This document shows positions 10,469 to 21,135 of a stretch of DNA of 64,000 nucleotides, piece after piece. The position numbers and the translations under genes are program-made. Position 1 is the first letter of the stretch. Each line of letters starts with the position of its first letter. Source of the DNA: an uncultured Collinsella sp. (lineage in GTDB: Bacteria; Actinomycetota; Coriobacteriia; Coriobacteriales; Coriobacteriaceae). Location: NCBI GenBank assembly GCA_958421655.1, contig CATZMG010000001.1, forward strand, positions 13,639 through 77,638, given 5' to 3'. The notes beneath the pieces were generated by a model. It searched no databases. It worked only from the letters and a program-made list of their open reading frames with translations, and had not been told where the DNA came from.

Positions 10469-10692
10469 AAGTCGTGACGCCGTTCGAGGTCGCCGACTGC
10501 AACACCGAGCTCCTCCGCGCGGGCGTGCCATGCCGCGTGCACCTGACTGATGCCTGCGGGGCGCAGTCGCTTTGGCTCGAGGCCGAGAAAGAAAGGCTCG
10601 ATGAGGCCCATGCCGTCATCGTCGAGTTCTTTGAGAAAAAGGGCGCAAAGCCTCGGTTCGATGAGACCGGTACCTACTTTACGCTGCAGTAA
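10465..10692 (+). CDS. Small hypothetical protein (RDAC-like, HLxDACG motif)
   Basis: 75-aa ORF overlapping the hisI stop (ATGA); contains [10 protein letters not shown]. Confidence 0.7.
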   Translation: MKVVTPFEVADCNTELLRAGVPCRVHLTDACGAQSLWLEAEKERLDEAHAVIVEFFEKKGAKPRFDETGTYFTLQ

Positions 10693-10707
10693 CGAGAGGA
10701 AATAACC

Positions 10708-11025
10708 ATGGGAGTCAGAACAGCTAACGTGCAGCCGGGAAATATCGGCGAGACGCTGACGGGACTGGCCGAGGTGATTCACGGTCGTCGCGATGCGTCG
10801 CCGGAGGAGAGCTATACCGCCCGTCTGCTGACCGACGTCGAGGACGAACTGCTCAAGAAGCTTGCCGAGGAGGCGAGCGAGGTCATCATGGCCTGCAAGG
10901 ACAACGACCACGACCACATCCGCTACGAGGCCGGCGACCTGGTCTACCATCTGCTCGTAACGCTCGAACGCTACGGTATTACCCTCGACGAACTGGCCGG
11001 CGAACTCAACGCTCGCCGCCACTAG
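10708..11025 (+). CDS. hisE: Phosphoribosyl-ATP pyrophosphohydrolase
   Basis: SYT..L, KKLAEEA.EV, E..DL.YH motifs. Confidence 0.95.
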   Translation: MGVRTANVQPGNIGETLTGLAEVIHGRRDASPEESYTARLLTDVEDELLKKLAEEASEVIMACKDNDHDHIRYEAGDLVYHLLVTLERYGITLDELAGELNARRH

Positions 11026-11032
11026 TCATGGC

Positions 11033-11073
11033 AGTCATTGGGGACGTTCTTAAGCGACTAGTCGTTAGGGACA
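11033..11073. repeat. 41-bp GACTAGTC/GGGAC repeat, copy 1
   Basis: Reverse complement matches 25223-25263 at 38/41 positions. Confidence 0.75.
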
Positions 11074-11101
11074 GTCTTTCGGGAGTTGCCAATGAAATAG
11101 A

Positions 11102-11168
11102 AGTTGCGGTGGAATAGTTCTTGTTTGACCGTCTTAGGGCCATAAACAGGAACTATTTCACCGCAACT
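11102..11168. repeat. 67-bp REPIN-like palindrome, copy 1
   Basis: AGTTGCGGTGGAATAG...CTATTTCACCGCAACT; same arms and length at 17856 and 56326. Confidence 0.85.
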
Positions 11169-11181
11169 CATGAAGGGATGT

Positions 11182-12093
11182 CTAGGCGAGGGGCGTGGAT
11201 TCCCATTCGCCGGTGGCGTGGGGGATGTCGAAGGTCCGATAGCCGCAGTCGTAGGCGTGGGCCTGAGCCTCGCGGACGTTCCAGCAGATATCGCAGGAGC
11301 GGTGTGCGTCCGAGCCAAAGGTAATGGGCACCTCGGCATGGGCGAAGCGATGCAAAAGCCCGGTCGCGGGATAGTAGTCGTCCAAGCCCTTGCGCGGTGC
11401 GGCGGTCGAGACCTCAACGCGGCGACCCGTATCGTGTGCGCATTCGGCCATCTGCTCCCAAAACGGCGCCGGGTCAAAATCGGGCGCAAAGCCTTCCTTC
11501 GAAAAGCGCATGACCAGGTCGGGATGGGCCATCACGTCAAAGGTGAGTGAGCTTTCGCAAGCACGGCACCAGTCGTCGACGTAGCGCTCCCACACACCGC
11601 GCACGCCTAAGTTTTCCCAAACGTGCAGGTTGGTGTCATCGTCGATCCAACCGCAAAGGGAATCGGGCGTATCGGGGCGAGCGATGTTTTCCGTTCCCGC
11701 CGTACCCGCGGCACCGGCCATGATATCGCCGGGGTCGCCAATCCAGTGCACGCTGCCCAAGCGCACTATGGCACCCGCGGACCAGCGCTCAACCAAAGGC
11801 TCGCAACCTTCGTACCAATCGCATTCAAAACCGTAGATAAAGGCGAGCTCCGGCGCAATCTGCGCGGCGAGTTTGCGGGCGTCCTCAAAGGCCAGACGAT
11901 GTGCTGGCAAGTCGCCCTCGACGACCTGCACCTCGCAGTTAGCATCCATGCTGGCAGGCAGGGTGAGGTGGTCAGTCGAGACCATGACGCGACAGCCGGC
12001 GGCCGCGGCGGCGCGGATGTTCTCCTCAAACGAGGCATGACCGTCCGAGAACGAGGTGTGGGTGTGGCAATCGACCAGCGGGCAAGCAGGCAT
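11182..12093 (-). CDS. PHP-family histidinol-phosphatase (HisK/HisJ type)
   Basis: DCHTHT..SDG, TDH, GSVH, AHPD, GSDAH motifs; next to the his operon, whose HisB has no phosphatase domain. Confidence 0.85.
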   Translation of the reverse strand: MPACPLVDCHTHTSFSDGHASFEENIRAAAAAGCRVMVSTDHLTLPASMDANCEVQVVEGDLPAHRLAFEDARKLAAQIAPELAFIYGFECDWYEGCEPLVERWSAGAIVRLGSVHWIGDPGDIMAGAAGTAGTENIARPDTPDSLCGWIDDDTNLHVWENLGVRGVWERYVDDWCRACESSLTFDVMAHPDLVMRFSKEGFAPDFDPAPFWEQMAECAHDTGRRVEVSTAAPRKGLDDYYPATGLLHRFAHAEVPITFGSDAHRSCDICWNVREAQAHAYDCGYRTFDIPHATGEWESTPLA

Positions 12094-12220
12094 GGCAGCT
12101 CCTTTGCGTCAAGCGAATCCGCTTCATTGTAATGGCGTAGCTCTCAACACGCCGGACACGCCGGGGGTCGAAATCGATTGGAAAGGCTGCGCGACGCGCG
12201 GTGCGGCCTCGCTTGCGCTC

Positions 12221-12290
12221 TCAAAACGTGTACATCAGCCTCCAAAAGCTGCAAAAAATGACATGTTTGGAGGCTGACGTACACGTTTGA
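12221..12290. repeat. 70-bp intergenic palindrome
   Basis: TCAAAACGTGTACATCAGCCTCCAAA...TTTGGAGGCTGACGTACACGTTTGA. Confidence 0.7.
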
Positions 12291-12433
12291 GTGGAGCGGG
12301 CCGGCGTTGGAGCGCGCCAGCACTTGCGCCCAGCAAAAGTCGCACCTATCCCATGACGCCGCCCCTGCGCCGCCCGCGATGTGCTAGCGTTTGGATGAAC
12401 AAAACGAGCCCGCGCGGAAAGGAGCCGGACCGT

Positions 12434-12919
12434 ATGCCATGCGATAGCACATCCCCGCTGTCCCGCGAGACCGATGCGCCCGAAACCATCGTCAAGCTGG
12501 AATGCGATATTGATGACGCGTCGCCCGAGGTGCTTGCCTACGCCGCCGACCGCCTGCGCGAGGCGGGTGCGCGCGAGGTGCACTGGCTGCCCGTCTATTG
12601 CAAGAAAGGCCGTCCCGGCTGGCAGCTGCAGGTAATCTGCGCCCACGAGGACATCGAGCGCCTGCAGACGATCATCTTTTTGGAAACCACGACCAATGGC
12701 ATCCGTCGCCAGGTCATGGAACGCGTTTGCCTGCCACGCCGCTTTGAGCAGGTGACGACGCCATGGGGCGAGGTGTCCGTCAAGGTGGCCACCCTGCCCG
12801 ACGGCAGCGAGCGTGCAGCGCCCGAGTACGAGGACTGCGCCCGCCTTGCCCGCGAGCACGGTGTGCCGCTCCAGCGCGTGATGCAGGCAGCACAAGCCGC
12901 GGCTCTGCAATTTGAGTGA
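12434..12919 (+). CDS. LarC C-terminal domain protein (nickel insertion, LarC2-like)
   Basis: LECDIDD.SPE, KKGRPG, ETTT.GIR, PEYEDC..LA motifs. Confidence 0.85.
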   Translation: MPCDSTSPLSRETDAPETIVKLECDIDDASPEVLAYAADRLREAGAREVHWLPVYCKKGRPGWQLQVICAHEDIERLQTIIFLETTTNGIRRQVMERVCLPRRFEQVTTPWGEVSVKVATLPDGSERAAPEYEDCARLAREHGVPLQRVMQAAQAAALQFE

Positions 12920-12972
12920 CACGGTCGGCGACGCGCCACACCCACCCCATCAACCTCACCGAAAGGACCACC

Positions 12973-13521
12973 ATGAAATACCTCATCGCCTCCGACATCC
13001 ACGGCTCGGCATACTGGGCTGAGCGCCTCTGTGCCGCCATCGAGTCCGAGCAGCCCGACCGCATCGTTCTGCTGGGCGACCTGCTCTACCATGGCCCGCG
13101 TAACGACCTGCCGCGCGACTATGCTCCCAAGCGCGTGATTCCGCTGCTCAACGCCCTAGCCGACCGCATCATCGCGGTGCGCGGCAACTGCGACGCCGAG
13201 GTCGACCAGATGGTCCTCGACTTTCCCGTCATGGCCGACTACGCTACGCTGTTCGACGAGACCGGCCGCGAGCTGTTCCTGACGCACGGCCACGTCTTTG
13301 GCGCCGGCATGCACAACAGCGTCGACCACGCGCCCGCGTTGCCCGAGGGCTCAGCGCTCGTCTACGGCCACACGCACATCAAGGTCAACGAGGAAAGCGC
13401 CGCGCACCCGGGCCTGTGGCTCTTCAACCCCGGTAGCGTGAGCATCCCCAAGGACGGCTCGCACAGCTACGGCATCTACGAGGGCGGCGCGTTCCGCCAC
13501 GTGGTCATGGAGGAGGAGTAG
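12973..13521 (+). CDS. yfcE: YfcE-family metallophosphodiesterase
   Basis: SDIHGS, GDLLYHGPRN, RGNCD.EVDQ, THGH, GHTH, NPGS motifs. Confidence 0.92.
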   Translation: MKYLIASDIHGSAYWAERLCAAIESEQPDRIVLLGDLLYHGPRNDLPRDYAPKRVIPLLNALADRIIAVRGNCDAEVDQMVLDFPVMADYATLFDETGRELFLTHGHVFGAGMHNSVDHAPALPEGSALVYGHTHIKVNEESAAHPGLWLFNPGSVSIPKDGSHSYGIYEGGAFRHVVMEEE

Positions 13522-13523
13522 CC

Positions 13524-14384
13524 ATGGCGCAGCACATGGCTCAGCAAAATGCCGAGGGCTCGCGCGATCTGTCCACGCTGGTAGACGCGTCGACCGAGCT
13601 GCAGCATCTGGTGCAGACCATCTGGCGTCTGCGTCAGCCCGATGGCTGCCCGTGGGACCGTGAGCAGACGCACCGCAGCATTGGCAAGAACATGATCGAG
13701 GAGGCCTACGAGGCGCTCGACTGCATCGAGGCGGACGACGCGGTTCACCTACGCGAGGAGCTGGGCGACGTGCTCATGCAGGTCGTGCTGCATGCGCAGA
13801 TTGCTGCTGACGCCGGCGAGTTTACACTGGCCGACGTGGCGCGTGATATCGATGCCAAGCTCATCCGTCGCCACCCGCACGTGTTTGGCGATGTAGATGC
13901 CGACAGTTCCGACGAAGTACTCAAGATTTGGGACGAGGTCAAGCTTGCCGAGAGGGCTGCCAAGGACAAGGCCGTGGCGGCAGGCGAGGCTGCGCCCGAG
14001 GGCCTGCTCGACGGCGTGCCCACGCATCTGCCGGCGCTGATGCAGGCTCAGAAGGTGTCGCGCAAGGCGGCTGCCGTGGGCTTTGAGTGGGAGACGGTCC
14101 AGGATGTGTGGGACGAGGTCGCCGAGGAGCGTGCCGAGTTTGAGGCCGAGGCCCCTGGCTCGCCCGAGCGCGAAATGGAGTTTGGCGATCTGCTCTTTGC
14201 CCTGGTCAACGTCGCGCGCAAGGAGGGTATCGACGCCGAGAGCGCCCTGCGCGCGAGCACGGCCAAGTTTCGCCGTCGCTGGGCTGCGATGGAGCAGATG
14301 GCGGCCGATGCCCACGTGGATCTGGCCGAGCTTTCGACCCACGGCCTCAACGACCTGTGGGATGCCGCAAAGGCGGAGGAGTAA
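13524..14384 (+). CDS. mazG: Nucleoside triphosphate pyrophosphohydrolase MazG
   Basis: GCPWDREQT, EEAYE, EELGD, RRHPHVF, E.GDLLF motifs. Confidence 0.93.
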   Translation: MAQHMAQQNAEGSRDLSTLVDASTELQHLVQTIWRLRQPDGCPWDREQTHRSIGKNMIEEAYEALDCIEADDAVHLREELGDVLMQVVLHAQIAADAGEFTLADVARDIDAKLIRRHPHVFGDVDADSSDEVLKIWDEVKLAERAAKDKAVAAGEAAPEGLLDGVPTHLPALMQAQKVSRKAAAVGFEWETVQDVWDEVAEERAEFEAEAPGSPEREMEFGDLLFALVNVARKEGIDAESALRASTAKFRRRWAAMEQMAADAHVDLAELSTHGLNDLWDAAKAEE

Positions 14385-14561
14385 GACTGCGGGAACGACG
14401 GGCTGACATGCCTCATCGTTCCCGCTAAATTTTTCGAAAATCAAGTGTATCCCTTGGCTAACTTAGGGCATAATGCAAAAAGTGCGACATGGCTAACTTA
14501 CGGAGACGCACCGATGGTGCACGGTCAGCCGGTCGCTTGCATCCACTACGTTTCCAAGTGA

Positions 14562-15863
<1,302 letters not shown>

Positions 15864-16058
15864 ACGGGCGAATTTGGCGAGGGGGAGGCTGACTCGGTTC
15901 CGCCTCGCCTTGGCTGGATGCCGCAAAGCGCTATGGGCGCTGGGCCATACGGCTCAGCGCCTTTTTTATGTCGAGCAAAGGCTGGCGAAGGCGGTGCGCG
16001 CGCTCGTGCTATAACTAGAATACTTAGCGCAAACAAACCTCAACCGCACAAGGCGCAC

Positions 16059-16820
16059 ATGGATCAGATTTACGACAACAGGTACTATTCCGCCGGTTCG
16101 CGTGAGCCGTCGCCTCGCCGTGCGCGCACGGTGCAGCTCGGTGGGTCCGTCTACGCCGGCGCCGACCGCTCCACGCAGCGCCTGACAAGTACCTCGCGCC
16201 CCAATGCTCATGTGAATACTTTGGCAGATGGACCAGTGCGCCCGGCACGTTCGTCGCATGCGTCGCGTCCCTCGGCCCAGACGCACGACAGGTCGAGCAG
16301 GCCTTCGAGCCGTCTTTCGGGCTCGGACTTTATGCACTACGCCAACGACAACGCGGTGGTCAAGGCGATCTACGACTTTACCCACGGTCCTCAGCGAGGG
16401 CTATTTATCGGCATCGTCGTTGCCCTGGTGCTCGTGAGCCTGTATTTCCCCGTGCGCGACCTGTACGTGGCAAAGCGTTCGAGCGATATCTTGTCCAAGC
16501 AGGTCGAGATTCGCCAGCAATACAATGATGAGCTGCAAAAAAGCGTCGACAAGCTGCTCTCGGAGGAGGGTATCAAGGACGCGGCATCCGAGGATCTGGG
16601 CCTGGTGATGCCCGGCGAGAAGAGGATTGAAGTGCAGGGCCTGGACGACGATTCGGATTCGTCTTCGAGCAAGAAGTCGTCGAACGCCAAGAAGGCCAGC
16701 GAAGTTGCCAAGGAAATCGAAGAAGTCGGTAAGGACGCCCCGTGGTACATCCAAGCGCTCGACATGCTGTTTGGGTTTAACGGCGTCGAGGGCCAGACGG
16801 TCGTGTCCAACGGCAAATAG
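16059..16820 (+). CDS. Septum formation initiator (FtsB/DivIC family) with long N-terminal extension
   Basis: Single TM, coiled coil and A...LGLVMPGE motif; eno-ftsB-ppx order. Confidence 0.75.
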   Translation: MDQIYDNRYYSAGSREPSPRRARTVQLGGSVYAGADRSTQRLTSTSRPNAHVNTLADGPVRPARSSHASRPSAQTHDRSSRPSSRLSGSDFMHYANDNAVVKAIYDFTHGPQRGLFIGIVVALVLVSLYFPVRDLYVAKRSSDILSKQVEIRQQYNDELQKSVDKLLSEEGIKDAASEDLGLVMPGEKRIEVQGLDDDSDSSSSKKSSNAKKASEVAKEIEEVGKDAPWYIQALDMLFGFNGVEGQTVVSNGK

Positions 16821-16840
16821 CGCCCGGAGGGGAGCCCGCA

Positions 16841-17842
16841 ATGACAAATTGCAAACGCTATAAGGTGGCCGCGATCGACCTGGGAACGGTATCGTCGCGA
16901 CTGGTGTTGGCGCAGGTCGAGGCCGGGGCGATCGTGGAATCGTCCAAGCATACCGAGATTACCGACCTGGGCGAGGGCGTGGACGCGACGGGGCGCTTTT
17001 GCGAGGCGGCCGTTGAGCGCGTGCTCGCTGCGTGCCGCATGTTTGTGGACGAAGCCCGTACCTTTGGGGCCGCGTGCGTCTGCACCACCTGCACGAGTGC
17101 CGCGCGCGATGCGTCCAATGCCGCGCTGCTGCTGGACGGTCTGCGCGATCTGGGGCTCGAACCGCAGGTGATTCCGGGCGAGGTCGAGGCGCGCCTGACG
17201 TTTTTTGGCGTGGCGCACGACTTTGCCGGCGAGCGCATCATTGTTGCCGATTCGGGCGGCGGCTCCACGGAGCTCGCTACGGGCGTATACGCGCCGGAGC
17301 GCGGGGTCTTCGCGCTGGAGGGAACGCGTTCGCTGGACATTGGTTGCCGTCGTGTGACGGAGCGCTTCTTCTCCGCGTTGCCGCCTGCGGACGGGGAGCT
17401 TGCGGTTGCCGCCGCGTGGGCGGGCGAGCAGTTCTCCTCCTATTTTGAGGGCCTGCCCAGCGACTTTGAGCGTGCCGAGCGTCTCGTTGCGGTGGGCGGT
17501 ACCGTCACCACGCTCGTGGCGTTGGTTCACGAGCTGGAGCCGTACGACTCGAGCTTTGTGCACTTGCGCGAGCTTTCGCTGGATCAGGTTTCGGCCGCTA
17601 TTGAGCGTATGTCTGCGCTGGATGTTGCAGGCATTGCCGCGTTGCCAGGCGTGCAGTCCAAACGCGCGGGCGTGATTCTCGCTGGCGCCGTGGTAATTCG
17701 CGAGCTCATGCGGGCTGGCGGTTACAAGACACTCACCGTAAGCGAGAACAGCCTACTCGCCGGCATGGCCGCCACCATCAACGAAACTCTCGACGGCGCG
17801 ACTCCCACTATCGCCTGGACCCCGAGTCTGAGTGCTCTTTAA
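16841..17842 (+). CDS. ppx: Ppx/GppA family phosphatase
   Basis: AIDLGT.S, TSAARDA.N, G..EA, D.GGGSTE motifs. Confidence 0.9.
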   Translation: MTNCKRYKVAAIDLGTVSSRLVLAQVEAGAIVESSKHTEITDLGEGVDATGRFCEAAVERVLAACRMFVDEARTFGAACVCTTCTSAARDASNAALLLDGLRDLGLEPQVIPGEVEARLTFFGVAHDFAGERIIVADSGGGSTELATGVYAPERGVFALEGTRSLDIGCRRVTERFFSALPPADGELAVAAAWAGEQFSSYFEGLPSDFERAERLVAVGGTVTTLVALVHELEPYDSSFVHLRELSLDQVSAAIERMSALDVAGIAALPGVQSKRAGVILAGAVVIRELMRAGGYKTLTVSENSLLAGMAATINETLDGATPTIAWTPSLSAL

Positions 17843-17855
17843 CCGTCTTCCTCTG

Positions 17856-17922
17856 AGTTGCGGTGAAATAGTTCCTAAATAAGCTGGTAAACGGTATAAA
17901 CAGGATCTATTCCACCGCAACT
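17856..17922. repeat. 67-bp REPIN-like palindrome, copy 2
   Basis: AGTTGCGGTGAAATAG...CTATTCCACCGCAACT. Confidence 0.85.
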
Positions 17923-17942
17923 TAGAGCTCCGCCAGCGTGTA

Positions 17943-18205
17943 AAAGAAACGAGCCCGCATCCCTGGGGGACACGAGCTCGTAAACAATACGTGGTAGGGG
18001 CGGTGGGACGTCTGCGTATTTGTTGCGCAAATACGCACCGGCTTCGGCCGCCTGTCGGCGCCCTCGCCGGCTCGCTACGGACGCTGCGCGTCCGCTTAAC
18101 GCTCGCCCCCTCGCGGGTTCGAGTCCCGCCGGCATCTTAAAGAAACGAGCCCGCATCCCTGGGGAACACGGGCTCGTAAGCACTACATGGTAGGGGCGGT
18201 GGGAC
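17943..18205 (-). repeat. Direct repeat (196-bp period) of the tRNA-Leu 3' end plus its downstream terminator hairpin
   Basis: AAAGAAACGAGCCCGCATCCCTGGGG...TGGTAGGGGCGGTGGGAC occurs at about 17943-18009 and 18139-18205. Confidence 0.85.
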
Positions 18206-18272
18206 TCGAACCCACAATCCTTGCGGCGAGAGATTTTAAGTCTCCTGCGTATGCCAATTCCGCCACGCCCCC
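18188..18272 (-). tRNA. tRNA-Leu (TAA)
   Basis: Minus strand GGGGGCGTGGCGGAATTGGCATACGC...CTTAAAA...GGTTCGAGTCCCACCGCCCCTACCA; long variable arm; encoded CCA. Confidence 0.96.
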
Positions 18273-18303
18273 GTGAGACTAGAAGTCTAGCACAAGCCGT
18301 CCG

Positions 18304-18927
18304 TTACGCGTTGACGGCCATCGAGTGTTGCCCCGACTTCTCCAGGAACTCCTGGAACTTGGCTTCGTCGCCCTTGTTCTTGTACTGCAGAGCCAACAGA
18401 TACTCCAAGCGGCAGCTCTTGACCTTGTCGTCACCGGCCTCCTTGAGCATGCGCTCCAGCTCGGGAATGTCGTTGTGGCGCTTGAGGATCATCGTGTCGT
18501 ACATCAGTTGGCATTCGTGTGCGACTGCCTCGGCCTGGCCGCCCTCAAAGCCTTTGATCTCGTGCAGCAGCTCCTTGGACTTTTTGCGGTCCTCCTGGCC
18601 AACGTAGTAGTTAAAGGCCTTAATCACCAGGTCGACGCGCTGCATCTTGGGCAGATTGAGTCCCAGCAGCAAATCGAACATCTCGTCGGCGCGCTTGTGG
18701 TCCTCGCGCAGCAGATAGGAGTTCAGGCGCAGGTAGTCGCGGTTATAGCGCGGGTACAGCATGCTGGTGAGTTTGCCATCGAGCAAACGATCGAACTCGT
18801 CCCACTGCTTGGCAGCCATAAGCTGTTGCAGGCGCTTAAACGTGGTGCGTTTTTTTACGCTAAAGAACACCGATATGGCGATACAAATAATGACGACGGC
18901 GGTCCAGAGGGTGCGGGAATCGGGCAT
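18304..18927 (-). CDS. Hypothetical membrane-anchored helical (TPR-like) protein
   Basis: N-terminal TM helix followed by amphipathic helical segments. Confidence 0.7.
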   Translation of the reverse strand: MPDSRTLWTAVVIICIAISVFFSVKKRTTFKRLQQLMAAKQWDEFDRLLDGKLTSMLYPRYNRDYLRLNSYLLREDHKRADEMFDLLLGLNLPKMQRVDLVIKAFNYYVGQEDRKKSKELLHEIKGFEGGQAEAVAHECQLMYDTMILKRHNDIPELERMLKEAGDDKVKSCRLEYLLALQYKNKGDEAKFQEFLEKSGQHSMAVNA

Positions 18928-19090
18928 TTTAGAGTCCTTAGTCGCTCGTAAAGCGAGCGGTATGACAACACGTGCTAGATGTATTATACGCGGCGTGCAA
19001 GCAAACTGGCATAAAAGCGCATCGAGGCCGAGCGCCATCGCTCGCTGCGGTACACTTACCTAAAGTAAACCATGAAGGGAGACATTACCT

Positions 19091-19378
19091 ATGAAGAAGA
19101 TTGTTTTGGCTTGCGGTGCTGGCGCTGCTACTTCCACGCTCGTTGCCCAGAAGGTCGCCACCATGCTCGACGCCAACGGTTACGCCGACAAGTACGAGAT
19201 CGTGCAGTGCGCCATCTCCGAGGCCAAGGACGTTTGCGACGAGGGCGCCGATCTGCTGATCGCCACCACCGTTGCCCCCGAGGGCCTTACCTGCCCGTAC
19301 GTGAGCGGCGTGCCCTTCATGACCGGCATGAACCGCGTCGCTGCCGAGAAGGCCGTTCTTGACGTCATGGCTCAGTAG
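19091..19378 (+). CDS. PTS IIB component, galactitol/lactose family
   Basis: IVLACGAG.ATS phosphorylation loop. Confidence 0.9.
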   Translation: MKKIVLACGAGAATSTLVAQKVATMLDANGYADKYEIVQCAISEAKDVCDEGADLLIATTVAPEGLTCPYVSGVPFMTGMNRVAAEKAVLDVMAQ

Positions 19379-19389
19379 GCGCTGACTGC

Positions 19390-19764
19390 ATGAGTGAGCA
19401 GAACGCCAATCCGGTCGAGCTCTTTGGCATGCGCGTTGCCCATGTGGGCATTAACGCCACCGACCCGGCAGACGCCCTGGAGATCGCGGAGCTGTTCTCG
19501 ACGATGATGGGTCTGCCCGTTATCGAGACCCCGGTTTCGTACTTTAACGATTCGCTGGTCGAGGTCATGAAGCAGAATGGTCGTGGCACCAAGGGCCACA
19601 TCGGCTTTGCCGTCAACGACATTGATGCGGCCGAGAAGTGGTTTGCCGAGCGCGGGCTCGAGGTCAACGAAGAGTCGCGCGCGCTGCTGCCCGACGGTAG
19701 CACCAAACTCGTGTACTTTAAGCGCGAGTTCGCCGGTTTCGCCGTGCATCTGTGCCGCGAGTAG
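19390..19764 (+). CDS. VOC (glyoxalase-like) domain protein
   Basis: HVGIN, EVMK..GRG.KGHI, F..HL pattern. Confidence 0.75.
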   Translation: MSEQNANPVELFGMRVAHVGINATDPADALEIAELFSTMMGLPVIETPVSYFNDSLVEVMKQNGRGTKGHIGFAVNDIDAAEKWFAERGLEVNEESRALLPDGSTKLVYFKREFAGFAVHLCRE

Positions 19765-19786
19765 CGCACAAGCTGCCATAGCTAGC

Positions 19787-19824
19787 AAAAAGGGATAGGG
19801 CCGTGTGGCCCTATCCCTTTATTT
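19787..19824. terminator. Bidirectional intrinsic terminator
   Basis: AAAAAGGGATAGGGCC-GTGT-GGCCCTATCCCTTT between convergent genes. Confidence 0.8.
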
Positions 19825-19839
19825 ATGCCGAGGGGCTTC

Positions 19840-21135
19840 CTAGCGCGGCAGGCGAATCGTAAAGCGGCTGCCGACGCCCTCGACTGAGGTCACGCCAATG
19901 ACGCCGCCATGGCTATCGACGATCCACTTGGCAATGGCAAGCCCCAGACCCGAGCCCTGTGCGCCGGCATCGCGTGCATTGTCGGCGCGGTAGAACCGTT
20001 CAAACGCGTGAGCTGCGGATTCCTGGTTCATGCCGATGCCCTCGTCCTCAACGCTTATGTCGATCGTGCCCGCGCCCGCATCCGGCGCTACGCCAAATGT
20101 GACGGTCGTTCCCGCATCCGAGTACTTGGCGGCGTTTTGCACGATCACGCGCAGAGCCTGCTTCACGAGCACCACGTCGACGGGCGCGTCGCAGCGCGGG
20201 TCGCTGACAAGCGCAGCGTCAAAGGCCAGCCGATACGTGTGCTCGGTATCGATCATCTGCGATTCCTCGCATACCTCGTCGACCAGTGCGGCAAGGTTGG
20301 TATTTGCGCGCCGCAGGACCGTGCGCCCGGCATCGCCGCGCGCCAAAAACAGCAGCTGCTCCACGAGCTCTTGCATGTGCTCGCTTTCGGCCTTGAGGGA
20401 CGCGATAGATTCTGCCAGCACGTCCGGGTCGTCTTTGCCCCAGCGATCGAGCATGTTTACGTAGCCCTGAATCACCGCGATGGGCGTGCGCAGCTCGTGG
20501 CTCGCATCGTTGACAAAGCGCATTTGCTGCAGTTTGGCCTCTTGCATCTGGCGCAGTAGGCGGTTGAGTGCAACCTCGATGCTTGCCAGGTCGGCGTCGC
20601 CGGTAGTGACGCTCGGCGAGTCGACGCTTGCGCGCTCGATGGCCTGCTCCAGTGTTTCCATCTTGCCGCCGGAGAGCTGCATACGGCCGAGCTCGTCCAC
20701 GCGCAAGGCCAGGTCGTTGAGCGGTGCCATGGTGCGGCGCACGCGACGGGCGCCGCCGAGCATGTCGAGCACGCTGATGACCTGCCAACCCACAACGACA
20801 AGGTAGAGAGGCCATAGCGCGACGAGGTCCTGCGCGAGGGGGAAAGTCTTGGTGGTACGCGCAAGCTCGACGGTATAGGTGAGCGTTGCCAGGTCCCAGC
20901 CGCGCGCAGGCGCCAGCGACATGCCGTGAACGGCGACGCCGGGGATCCATCCTGCGGTAAACGCGCCGTCGGGCAGCATCTGGTTGTATCCATAGACGAG
21001 GATCGCCGCCGCAATCACCATCAGCAGCAGATCGAGCCAGACGTAGCTCATCAAGCGGCGCCACATATAGCTCCAGTTGATGGCGCGGGCGATGGATGTG
21101 ACGCGCTTGGCCTCGGCGTTACGCGCGGCAGACAT
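19840..21135 (-). CDS. Sensor histidine kinase
   Basis: Two TMs, SHELRTP H-box, NA.KY, D.G.G, FYR, GSGLGL motifs. Confidence 0.95.
   Translation of the reverse strand: MSAARNAEAKRVTSIARAINWSYMWRRLMSYVWLDLLLMVIAAAILVYGYNQMLPDGAFTAGWIPGVAVHGMSLAPARGWDLATLTYTVELARTTKTFPLAQDLVALWPLYLVVVGWQVISVLDMLGGARRVRRTMAPLNDLALRVDELGRMQLSGGKMETLEQAIERASVDSPSVTTGDADLASIEVALNRLLRQMQEAKLQQMRFVNDASHELRTPIAVIQGYVNMLDRWGKDDPDVLAESIASLKAESEHMQELVEQLLFLARGDAGRTVLRRANTNLAALVDEVCEESQMIDTEHTYRLAFDAALVSDPRCDAPVDVVLVKQALRVIVQNAAKYSDAGTTVTFGVAPDAGAGTIDISVEDEGIGMNQESAAHAFERFYRADNARDAGAQGSGLGLAIAKWIVDSHGGVIGVTSVEGVGSRFTIRLPR

Noticed and set aside
11102..11168. Integron attC sites for the 67-bp palindromes
   Set aside because: The core orientation is GTT...AAC, opposite to attC; there is no cassette array or integrase.
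18100..18135. Second tRNA on the plus strand (GGGTTCGAGTCCC)
   Set aside because: Only a T-arm-like hairpin; no D arm, anticodon arm or acceptor stem can be built.
17992..18205. attL/attR of an intact integrative element at tRNA-Leu
   Set aside because: The duplicated ends are only 196 bp apart, include the terminator, and no integrase is present.
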